Part shown: one piece after another, positions 1-7,585 of the stretch | Numbering within the stretch: the stretch's first letter is position 1 | Layout: every line of letters begins with the position of its first letter | IMG/VR virus record: IMGVR_UViG_3300025098_000283 | Span: 1-24,084 of that record | Source of the DNA: a virus | Taxonomy: Duplodnaviria > Caudoviricetes | Length of the DNA stretch: 24,084 nt | Strand: one strand, 5' to 3' | The notes under the pieces: model-generated | What the model was told of the DNA's origin: nothing | What the model saw: the letters and a program-made list of their open reading frames with translations, nothing else | Databases searched by the model: none | Translations under genes and position numbers: made by a program

Positions 1-482
1 ATTTCAGTATTCCAAATAATTGTTGATGCTGTTGATACATTACCATTGCTTTTTCTTGCATAAACAAGAATAGGACTTGACACCCCAGTACCACCATTAG
101 CAACTGGCAATACACCAGTAACCTTAGATGTAAGGTCTATTGTGCTATTGTTTATCTTTGCATTTGTTACTGCACTATCTGCTATCTTGGCTGTGCTTAC
201 AGAGCCGTCAGGTGGAGTTACAGTTTGAACTGCTAGACCTATATACTGGACGTAGCAACTATCTGTGTTTGCTATGGCCTCACTTAAGGTCAATGTAGTA
301 CCTGAGGCTGTAAAGGCCTTACCTGAGCCACCCTCTTGTTTTACGTTATTAATGTAAAGTAGTATGTCGTTTTCGTTACTTACAGGGTGGCTGAGTGTAT
401 AACTTGTACCACCATTACCTGTAATGTCTTGCTTTACCATTGCCGAGTAAGCCGTTTGTGATTGATTACCTATGTAACTCAT
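1..482 (-). CDS. Virion/tail fibre-like protein, N-terminal part (runs off the left edge; not in ORF track)
   Basis: ATG at 482 after TAGGAG. Frame is open to the edge: MSYIGNQSQTAYSAMVKQDITGNGGTSYTLSHPVSNENDILLYINNVKQE...VTPPDGSVSTAKIAD...VTGVLPVANGGTG. The MSYIG start, DGSVSTAKIAD and LPVANGGTG motifs are typical of marine phage fibre/structural proteins. Confidence 0.75.
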   Translation of the reverse strand, partial: MSYIGNQSQTAYSAMVKQDITGNGGTSYTLSHPVSNENDILLYINNVKQEGGSGKAFTASGTTLTLSEAIANTDSCYVQYIGLAVQTVTPPDGSVSTAKIADSAVTNAKINNSTIDLTSKVTGVLPVANGGTGVSSPILVYARKSNGNVSTASTIIWNTE

Positions 483-490
483 GGCAGCTC

Positions 491-829
491 CTATGTACTT
501 ATTTCTTGGACATAGCTGACTGCTACATCCATTGAACTACCGACTGAGCTTTTGAAGTATAGACGGTCACCACTTTCGACTATTAACTTGGAGTTAATTG
601 CCAGTGATCCACCACTTGGGATGGGTGCATCCTTAACGATATAAAATGTCACCACTGATCCACTTATTGTCTTCTTAAGGTAGCAACTACCTGTGATGGC
701 ATTCGTGGTTATGTTTGCCATGTTAATACCGATAATGGTGTTGTAGTGTGAGAAGTCAGCTCCGTCAGGTGCATCAGCCTCTGCTGTACCTACGGCACTG
801 AGTAGTAGTCGTCTAAAGTTTTGAGCCAT
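491..829 (-). CDS. Small virion structural protein (112 aa), partner of the upstream fibre-like gene
   Basis: ORF with AAGGA RBS. The YIVKDAPIPSGGSL...KLIVESGD...SMDVAVSY pattern is of a type commonly found right after genes ending in GFAIAMA-AL in marine phages. Confidence 0.6.
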   Translation of the reverse strand: MAQNFRRLLLSAVGTAEADAPDGADFSHYNTIIGINMANITTNAITGSCYLKKTISGSVVTFYIVKDAPIPSGGSLAINSKLIVESGDRLYFKSSVGSSMDVAVSYVQEIST

Positions 830-842
830 TGTTTATTCCTTT

Positions 843-1760
843 TTACAGAGCTGCAGCCATTGCTATGGCAAAGCCTTCAGAGGCACTGTTTGCACTTGCC
901 TCTATAGCTACCCATGAACTGCCATTGTAGTATTTTAGTTTTGAAACTGTATTGTTGAAGAAAATGTCACCTGAAGTGTGACCTGAAGATGGATCTGAAG
1001 ACCCTGATCCAAGGTAAACGGCTTGGAATGATGTAAGTGAACCCTGTGCATTAGATGCTGCAGACTGAGCTGCCTCGGCATAGTACTTAGCTGAGTAAAC
1101 ACCACCTGCGACTGCTGTTGATGTAGTAAATCCTGAGCCTCCACCCAATGCCCAGTTCTTAGCAGAACCAGTAGCCAGTGAACCACCTATTGCATATGTC
1201 TTGGATGAATACTCTGATCCGTCTACAGTAGCACTGTCAGCCTTAGTCGCCCAAGACTTAGCAGAACCACCACCTGAGGTATCGACTATTGTATTAGTTG
1301 CCCAAGCCTTAGCTGAGTAGTCTGAGGTAGTTGGCACTACGGCATCGACCTTTACTGCATAGTGACCTGCCGTCACTGCTGAGGCAGCAGAGGCTGTCGC
1401 TGATCCACTTGCATTGCCTTCACTAGTGGATGCTGCTGACTGACTTGCTGCAGCGAGTGTCTGATAGTGTAATGCCGAGTATAAGCCTGAGGTTCCACCG
1501 TTAGTGGATGTGAGTGTAAAACTTGAGTTAGCTGCATTTACTGCATACTTACCTGCATCTAACCTGTGATCAGAGGATATTGTAGCTTGGTTAGTGGCAG
1601 TTGAGTTAGCTGATTCAGCATCTGTTTTAGCTTGCTGTGCTAACGCCTGAGCTGCTTCTGCTGCAACTTGAGCTGCTTGAGCTGCCTCCACTGAGGCTGT
1701 AAAGGTAGTCTGAAGGGTAGAGCTAGTACCTGACGAGCTGAAAAAGGATGTTGATGCCAT
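843..1760 (-). CDS. Tail fibre-like protein (305 aa, Ala/Ser-rich)
   Basis: Ala-rich coiled-coil-like N-terminus, repeated (Y)SAK-x-W/Y-A motifs, GDIFFN...KLKYYNGSSW motif, C-terminal GFAIAMAAAL. Lies directly after the adaptor gene. Confidence 0.65.
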   Translation of the reverse strand: MASTSFFSSSGTSSTLQTTFTASVEAAQAAQVAAEAAQALAQQAKTDAESANSTATNQATISSDHRLDAGKYAVNAANSSFTLTSTNGGTSGLYSALHYQTLAAASQSAASTSEGNASGSATASAASAVTAGHYAVKVDAVVPTTSDYSAKAWATNTIVDTSGGGSAKSWATKADSATVDGSEYSSKTYAIGGSLATGSAKNWALGGGSGFTTSTAVAGGVYSAKYYAEAAQSAASNAQGSLTSFQAVYLGSGSSDPSSGHTSGDIFFNNTVSKLKYYNGSSWVAIEASANSASEGFAIAMAAAL

Positions 1761-1768
1761 GGTATACC

Positions 1769-2410
1769 TTATGAAGTTGTATTACTGGAGTAGGTGTCTT
1801 GGTAGTCAGTAAATGTGTATGTTGGTTGTATCGACTGGACACCACCATTAGTCTCTTGATCATTAGCTTGCTCTTGAACTTCTAATAGAAACTGATTGAA
1901 CTTAGTCTCAAAGATATCTGAACGAGTATCTAGGTAGTAGTCGGCTGCATAGGTTAGAGCTGCATAGATCAAAAGATCAGGAGCTACCTTAGCCAGTGCA
2001 TTTTCGTCACTGTCAGCAGACATAGGGTTAAACTCAGAGTAGTAGTATAGGTATAAAGTACCTGAGCTAGGCTGTGGGAACAGGTAAACCTTCTCCTGTT
2101 GCCTTGTAAAGTTAGTAGAGTTACCTGAGTAGTTATTGGCATTGAGTGACCTAAACTTACTCATAGGCACTCTAGATAACTCAGTGTTTGCATAGTAGAT
2201 ACTTACGATCTCTATGAAGTCATTGGGTAGAGTAATAAACTCAGTCTGTGACGACAACGTATAGGATGCCACCTTTTCTTGCATAGGTGTTCTTAACTGT
2301 CGTTGTACACGAGCCATACCCTGATCGATAAAGGTAGTTGTTAAAGCTGTGGTGATGTCTGAACGGTTAAGCACGTTATTAAAATGGGTCTTTAAATCAC
2401 CATAGTTCAT
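1769..2410 (-). CDS. Head-tail adaptor / tail tubular protein A-like (213 aa)
   Basis: MNYGDLK...LNRSDIT...FID...R.QRQLR N-terminus and APDLLIYAAL motif match podovirus adaptors. Size and position downstream of the capsid gene fit. Confidence 0.7.
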   Translation of the reverse strand: MNYGDLKTHFNNVLNRSDITTALTTTFIDQGMARVQRQLRTPMQEKVASYTLSSQTEFITLPNDFIEIVSIYYANTELSRVPMSKFRSLNANNYSGNSTNFTRQQEKVYLFPQPSSGTLYLYYYSEFNPMSADSDENALAKVAPDLLIYAALTYAADYYLDTRSDIFETKFNQFLLEVQEQANDQETNGGVQSIQPTYTFTDYQDTYSSNTTS

Positions 2411-2413
2411 ATC

Positions 2414-2554
2414 TTATCCTTTTTTAGTTTTCTTTTTAGTCTTAGGGAAACCTGCCTTCATGTTGCTATAGGCTTTACTTGATATTGTTGACTTTGACTT
2501 AGGTCTAGAATTACCTGCCTTTTTACGTTTGTTAATATTTTCATATAGTGACAT
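2414..2554 (-). CDS. Small, highly basic protein (46 aa; not in ORF track)
   Basis: ATG immediately follows the upstream TAA. MSLYENINKRKKAGNSRPKSKSTISSKAYSNMKAGFPKTKKKTKKG*. It fills the gap to the adaptor gene exactly, and that gene's AAGGA RBS lies in the last codons. Confidence 0.75.
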   Translation of the reverse strand: MSLYENINKRKKAGNSRPKSKSTISSKAYSNMKAGFPKTKKKTKKG

Positions 2555-2881
2555 TTATAAACTCTTCTCTGTTGTTAAGAATGCATCTAAGTTTTCACTC
2601 TTAAGTTTGTTGACTATTTGTTTAGCTGTGATGTTTTTGTCGGTCATAATGTTAAAACCTTCTCGCATCCACTTCTCGATAACTGCTGTAGGTATTGAGG
2701 CAACCTTCATCATCTCACCCTCTTTTTGTTGGGTGCTGACGTTACGTTGTTCTTTAAGGTTATCTAAATGCCACTGGGGTATCTCTTGTGTATGCCTTCT
2801 AGCTTCTTCACCGACATTGTTAAAAAACTCAGTGTTAACATTAATAATGTTGTTACCTTTTTGGTCTTTATCGTAAATCAT
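2555..2881 (-). CDS. Conserved hypothetical phage protein downstream of the capsid gene (108 aa; start revised from 2938)
   Basis: CAAGGAG RBS precedes the ATG at 2881 (MIYDKDQ...). The track's 19-codon extension runs through a hairpin. VASIPxxVxxxW motif present. Confidence 0.7.
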   Translation of the reverse strand: MIYDKDQKGNNIINVNTEFFNNVGEEARRHTQEIPQWHLDNLKEQRNVSTQQKEGEMMKVASIPTAVIEKWMREGFNIMTDKNITAKQIVNKLKSENLDAFLTTEKSL

Positions 2882-2893
2882 ATTCACTCCTTG

Positions 2894-2951
2894 AATAGAA
2901 ATGCATGAGGGTTTGTAGCCAAGGAGAGCAAAAACCACTTACCCTCATGCA
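2894..2951 (-). terminator. Stem-loop after the capsid gene; possible leaky intrinsic terminator or translational operator
   Basis: Perfect 11-bp inverted repeat TGCATGAGGGT (2902-2912) / ACCCTCATGCA (2941-2951), followed on the minus strand by UUUCUAUU. Confidence 0.55.
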
Positions 2952-2959
2952 ATTAGTTA

Positions 2960-3179
2960 TTAGGACAAGCCTGTGATCATATGGCTGTCGCCAAAGTTCA
3001 TGTGCTTTAATCCTACTTCCATGACAACAGCATGTTTGTCACTGTCACCTGTCTTAGCAAGTAGAGTTCTGCTAACAGGACGTAGTACAGTTTGTCTAAA
3101 CATTGCAGGGTCAATTAAGAATGCATGTGTAGATAACTGGTGTCGGTTAAGTACAATCTTGTACTCACCAAATGGCGAT
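2960..3179 (-). CDS. Major capsid protein, exon 2 (C-terminal 72 aa)
   Basis: After the intron's terminal G the frame reads (V)SPFGEYKIVLNRHQLSTHAFLIDPAMFRQTVLRPVSRTLLAKTGDSDKHAVVMEVGLKHMNFGDSHMITGLS*. LAKTGDS and YxSxFG are hallmarks of DUF5309/SU10-type capsids. There is no start or RBS of its own. Confidence 0.93.
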
Positions 3180-3464
3180 CATTTTATATTCAATTAAAGT
3201 CGTTAATTTTAATCGGCTTATTAAGCTCCTGCATCTTTCGTATGCAGATTAGACTATATCATCATCCTCTTTTTGAGGAGCTAGGCACTTCCACCCACTT
3301 GGGTGTACGGACTTCATCTTCTCAAATTAATGAGATGGTATGTCCTAGTCGTTGAACCTTCCAAGAGATCACTCTCTTAGCTTGGCTGCTGATTGTCATA
3401 TCCTTTCGGACTTAGATTTCCCAGTCAATTCACCTAGTTTTATTTACGCTATGCCACTTCTTTA
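3180..3464 (-). ncRNA. Group I self-splicing intron, IA2-like, 285 nt, no homing endonuclease ORF
   Basis: Minus-strand core elements: P AAUUGACUGGGAAA (3430-3417), Q CAAUCAGCAGCCAAG (3395-3381), R AAGGUUCAACGACUAG (3360-3345), S GAUGAUAUAGUCU (3263-3251). P1 pairs exon UUUACGU with IGS GCGUAAA (U.G at the splice site). P3 is CUAGGU/GCCUAG, and P7.1, P7.2, P8 and P9 hairpins are present. Terminal G at 3180. Removal restores the reading frame. Confidence 0.95.
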
Positions 3465-4132
3465 ACGTAAAGGTCAACCACGTTAACTAATGTCTTAGTT
3501 CCATCGTTGAAGTTTCTGTATCTTCCTGAGGCTCCAGTAAACCCTGCAACAATAGTTGCATCTGCAGGTTTAATCATGAAGACATTTGGCTCAGAACCTG
3601 CTGTGTAAGCAGCTTGGGCACCAACTAAGAATTTAGCCTCAGTTAATGCATCAGTAGAGTTAGAACCTGCATCAGTCGAATTAGTAATAATTGCTGAGGC
3701 TGAGGCCATTTCTCTAGCTGCAGAACTTGAACCTGCTGCTGCTGCATTATGCTGTCCAACGTATGCAAATTCTTGATGCTTCTTGAGCAATTTCAAGGTT
3801 TTTCCTAACTGGTAGGCCGTTTCTTTAGCGCGGCCATATGTCTTAATGGCATCGGCAGTTGCTGATACCTGAAAGGCAAGTCCAAGGATTTGAGTTGTAC
3901 CAGTTCTTAGAGTGGTTGCAGATTGAGTTCCGATTGTAAAATCAGCTCCCTCGACAAGTTTATTGTCAGCACCTGCTCCAATGGTATCTTCCTGATAGTC
4001 GTATGTTCTAGCAGAGACTTTCTCTGTTTTGATCATAGTTGTAAAAGGGGTGTCTGTAGGTGAGATGTTTGAGATAATATCTGAAACGTCTTCAGCCTTA
4101 CCGACTTGGTCGTAAGTAGTATATATTGCCAT
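3465..4132 (-). CDS. Major capsid protein, exon 1 (spliced product 295 aa; DUF5309/SU10-like)
   Basis: YDQVGKAEDVSDIISNISPTDTPF, EGAD, TQI...VSATADA...YGRAKETAYQL motifs. Follows the scaffold gene with an AAGGA RBS. The track's terminal KEVA* is intron-derived. Confidence 0.93.
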
Positions 4133-4164
4133 TTTTGATTTTCCTTATAAAAGCAATGTTAAAA

Positions 4165-5196
4165 TTATGCTTCCCAACGAGACATGATCACTGAAGAAAT
4201 ATCATCTAAGTCCACTCCTTGATTACCTAGAGCTGCTGTTGCATCTTTTAGTTTAGATGCTTTTCTGCTTGTAGCTGTAGGAGGAGCCTTTTTGGATCGA
4301 AGGATTTTAGTTGAAGTAGGGTTCTTTTTCTTAGTCGTTGCTACTTTCTTACCTTGGTCATAAAGACGAGCCTTATTGATAAGTTGGATCACCTTAGGAT
4401 CGACATATCTATTAACCTCGTTTTCAGGTAGACCTATGGAAATAGCATACCCACGGATATCATTATAAAGTTGGTTGCTCCAGTTAGGAACTTCTTCCTG
4501 TAAAACCTTTACACACTCTTTAGCTGCAGACTGTAATTGAGTTTGTTGTTGGTTTTGTAGGTCTTTATAATAGACATCAGCTTCTTCGCTTAAGAACTTA
4601 TATTCTTCTTCAACTGCCTTATACTCTTTGCGAAGTTGAGCGAAATCTTCTGTAGACATTGTCTTACTTGCGACCAACATGTCGACTTCTTGATATGGCT
4701 TAAACTTAGCTTGAGCTTTCTCCAACATCTTTTGGAGAACGACACTAGACTTAGAAAGGCTATCTTCAGCATCTTTTCGCTGTTTAGCCACTTCCTGAGA
4801 CTTTCTTGTGAGAGCAGCTTCTTGTCCGTAAAGTCTCTTAAGATCTTTAACAGATGCCTGAACTGTTTCACCGTCAACTTGAATCTCAACTTGAGCATCG
4901 TCACTAAGAACAGGGTTCTTGTCTTCAACATCATCGTCTTCATCCTCATTTTCAGTTTCAGTTTCATCAGGGTCTGTCTCCTCATCTTCTTCGACCTCGT
5001 CTTCGTCTGTCTCTTCCTGTAAATCGCCATTAGTCTCTTCGTCTTCTTCTTCGACGACTTCAGGTTCATCCTCGGTCTCAGGGTCTGATGGCTCTTTTTC
5101 AGCGTCTTCCCATCGTGCAAGAATGGCATCTTCAGCCTCGTCTATTGTTAAGGCTGTTGAATCTTTTTCATTATTTTGGGGTTGTACGTCACTCAT
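4165..5196 (-). CDS. Capsid scaffolding protein (343 aa)
   Basis: Very acidic N-terminus, VDGETVQASVKDLKRLYGQEAALTRKSQEVA motif, coiled coils, basic C-terminal region. Sits directly upstream of the capsid gene. Confidence 0.85.
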   Translation of the reverse strand: MSDVQPQNNEKDSTALTIDEAEDAILARWEDAEKEPSDPETEDEPEVVEEEDEETNGDLQEETDEDEVEEDEETDPDETETENEDEDDDVEDKNPVLSDDAQVEIQVDGETVQASVKDLKRLYGQEAALTRKSQEVAKQRKDAEDSLSKSSVVLQKMLEKAQAKFKPYQEVDMLVASKTMSTEDFAQLRKEYKAVEEEYKFLSEEADVYYKDLQNQQQTQLQSAAKECVKVLQEEVPNWSNQLYNDIRGYAISIGLPENEVNRYVDPKVIQLINKARLYDQGKKVATTKKKNPTSTKILRSKKAPPTATSRKASKLKDATAALGNQGVDLDDISSVIMSRWEA

Positions 5197-5203
5197 GATA
5201 ATA

Positions 5204-5473
5204 CTATTCCTCTTGACTGTTGTTGTCTTTTTCGTTCTTCGCTAGGATCTCGTCTCTGACCTGAACGTCTTGTCTCAGGGTGTTAACGATGTCTACCAAA
5301 GCTCGATAATGGTCATAGGATTTGTCTCGTGCTTTTGTATCTTCAGGCTTTGAATTTACAAATGCTTGGAAACTTCCTTCCACCATTCTGTTAATTGTCC
5401 TGTTAAAAACTTCATTATTAACAAGGTCATCAGCATCGTTTCCAAAGCTGATTAGGGTCTCTTCTTTAGTCAT
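5204..5473 (-). CDS. Conserved small protein between portal and scaffold (89 aa)
   Basis: TAGGAGAG RBS. Helical protein at a position commonly occupied by such a gene in P22/SU10-like head modules. Confidence 0.7.
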   Translation of the reverse strand: MTKEETLISFGNDADDLVNNEVFNRTINRMVEGSFQAFVNSKPEDTKARDKSYDHYRALVDIVNTLRQDVQVRDEILAKNEKDNNSQEE

Positions 5474-5546
5474 TTTACTCTCCTAAAATGGTTGTTAAAC
5501 GTGATTTAAGCCTCACTGAGCTATGGTAAAATCTTGGTATATGATA

Positions 5547-7583
5547 TTACCCTGTAGGCGAGGCTATTCCTCGTACATCTTCTGCTGCTTTTAGAACCTC
5601 TAATTCAGCTTCATCTATGTACTTCTTGTGAGCGAATTGCTCCTCTTTTAGATCTTGATTGTCGGAGGATAGAGCATGTGAACTCTCGGCCTTCATCTTA
5701 TCAAGCTCCAATTTCATTTGGGTCATTTGACCATCCATCTGTGCTTTCATCTCAGCTAACTGCTGTTGACGTTCCTGTAACTCAAGTTGTTTCTGAGCCA
5801 TTTGAGTTTGCATTTGTTGCATTGGATCAGGTTGAGGTTCAGGTAATTGATCAGGTGGTGTTAAGAACTCTTCGACATTTAATATGCCTTGTTTCTGTAA
5901 TGCCTCTTTCATCATGTTAAATCTATTAGGCATTTGATACATAGGTTGTAAGTTTGGATCCTGAGAGAATAGGGTATGGAGTTGCATAAACTTAGCTGCA
6001 TCTCTTTCTTGTTCACCGTAGCCGAGCTTAAGCTCAACCATTACATCTCTTTTTTCTTTCCAACTTGTAGGGTCTATTTCTACAAAGTTACCTGCAATAT
6101 CGACAACCTTTTCATACTGTTCATTCTCGACAACAAGCCTGTAAACTTCATGGAATAATGGCTTAAGAAACTGGTTAGCAAAGTTACGAGCTATTATCTT
6201 CTGCCTTTGCTGTGACATTGTAGCTAACTGCTCAACCATTGCTGCTGAGTTTTGTTTGCTTATGGCATCTTTGTTTAGGCCTTGTGATAACTTTGATACA
6301 CCTGTTGTATCTTCTTTATCTTCATCAAGCATCTGTAATGTCTGAAAGATAAATGGGTTTAGAGGTGCCTGAGGCATAGGTGATATTGCATCAGGTCTTG
6401 ATACGTTTACCAAGCCACCAACACGGTTATCTATAAGTTCTCTTGGGTTAGTTAAGCCACCCTTAACAACCATATACCTTGGATTGTTAGTGATAACTGC
6501 ATGGTCTAGAATTGATCTAGTTAATATAGTCCTAGCATTTTGAGTTGCTATAACCTTAGATGCAAAGTTAGAACCGTAAAAGGCATGGGGTATAGGTAGT
6601 GGTGTGAATACAATAAATGGCTTTCTATCGACTTCTACACACTCAAGTATAACATTACCTGCTTTACAGACTTTATACAGATAGGCAATACCAGTGCCTT
6701 CTTTGTCTAGCATCATGTAACATTCGTAAACCATGATATCACGGACTTGGTCTTGGTAGCCTTTAGTATCAAAGCCACGACTAGCACCGATACTTTCAAA
6801 CCTTGCGAGTATCTCAGGGTCTGTCTCTACTTCGACATCCTCATGGTCTGATCCTATATCTTTGAGTAATTCTTCTGAGTAACCCATTTCTCTTAACTCA
6901 GTTAAGGTCTTACGAGTTCTATGAGCTACAAAGTTTACGTCATCTAATGACTTAGCCTGTGGTTCGATTAGGAACTCCTCAGGAGCTATTGACTGGATGG
7001 CAACTTGTGATGCATCTCTAGCCATTACAATAGTACCTGATATCAAGCCAACTTCGTTGGTTGTGCTATCGCCTAACTCAACGCCATCCTGTGCAAGCAA
7101 CATGTCTAGCTCATCTTGGTTTACATCGGTAAATTCTTCTTCAATGATTTCTTCTTTCTCATCCCAAAAGACTTTAGCGACACCAACTCTAGCTGTTAAT
7201 CCATCGTGTATAGCTGAGTTCATGACTTCAAAGGAATCATTCTGCCTGAACATTACATAGTCGGTATACTTACTACAAACTTCGGCTGTCTCTACATCGT
7301 CAGCATTCTGAGGTGCAAACTTAACTATGTTATTACCTGCAGCAAAGGTCTCTAATAGAGCTGCCTTTAATGCCTCGACACTGTCATAAACATCCTGTGA
7401 TACGAACTTAGAATTACCATCGTGGGCAGGTCGTGGAAGTGTGGCATTGTAATACTCAGTGACTTTCTTACGTTCTTTAGAAATCTCACTGTCATAATAT
7501 CCAACAGAAGTCTTAATGTTGTTTTCAACCATTACGACAATGTCACTGTCTTCTAGTTTTGAATATTCTTCAATTTTAGCCAT
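5547..7583 (-). CDS. Portal protein (678 aa)
   Basis: SKFVSQDVYDSVE, HDGL...GVAKVFWD, IAPEEFLI and PIPHAFYG motifs, plus a Q-rich coiled-coil C-terminal barrel (P22/phiEco32 type). Follows TerL. Confidence 0.92.
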   Translation of the reverse strand: MAKIEEYSKLEDSDIVVMVENNIKTSVGYYDSEISKERKKVTEYYNATLPRPAHDGNSKFVSQDVYDSVEALKAALLETFAAGNNIVKFAPQNADDVETAEVCSKYTDYVMFRQNDSFEVMNSAIHDGLTARVGVAKVFWDEKEEIIEEEFTDVNQDELDMLLAQDGVELGDSTTNEVGLISGTIVMARDASQVAIQSIAPEEFLIEPQAKSLDDVNFVAHRTRKTLTELREMGYSEELLKDIGSDHEDVEVETDPEILARFESIGASRGFDTKGYQDQVRDIMVYECYMMLDKEGTGIAYLYKVCKAGNVILECVEVDRKPFIVFTPLPIPHAFYGSNFASKVIATQNARTILTRSILDHAVITNNPRYMVVKGGLTNPRELIDNRVGGLVNVSRPDAISPMPQAPLNPFIFQTLQMLDEDKEDTTGVSKLSQGLNKDAISKQNSAAMVEQLATMSQQRQKIIARNFANQFLKPLFHEVYRLVVENEQYEKVVDIAGNFVEIDPTSWKEKRDVMVELKLGYGEQERDAAKFMQLHTLFSQDPNLQPMYQMPNRFNMMKEALQKQGILNVEEFLTPPDQLPEPQPDPMQQMQTQMAQKQLELQERQQQLAEMKAQMDGQMTQMKLELDKMKAESSHALSSDNQDLKEEQFAHKKYIDEAELEVLKAAEDVRGIASPTG

Positions 7584-7585
7584 GT

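Noticed and set aside
2882-2938. 19-codon N-terminal extension of the 127-aa ORF
   Set aside because: It runs through the hairpin and has no RBS. The clear RBS precedes the ATG at 2881.
2973-3355. Plus-strand ORFs of 74 and 71 aa as an intron-encoded endonuclease
   Set aside because: They are antisense to the intron and exon 2 and have no HNH, GIY-YIG or LAGLIDADG motif.
3449-4132. Capsid as a truncated 227-aa gene, pseudogene or readthrough product
   Set aside because: The gap has a complete group I intron core and splicing restores the conserved motif exactly. Readthrough would insert about 95 non-capsid codons.
4590-5245. Overlapping alternative-frame and antisense ORFs over the scaffold gene (179, 128, 108 aa)
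   Set aside because: They are shadows of the low-complexity acidic codons (GAA/GAC), giving poly-Ser or K/M-rich translations.
5474-5546. Terminator or operator between the portal and the 89-aa gene
   Set aside because: Only weak 4-5 bp stems and no U-tract.
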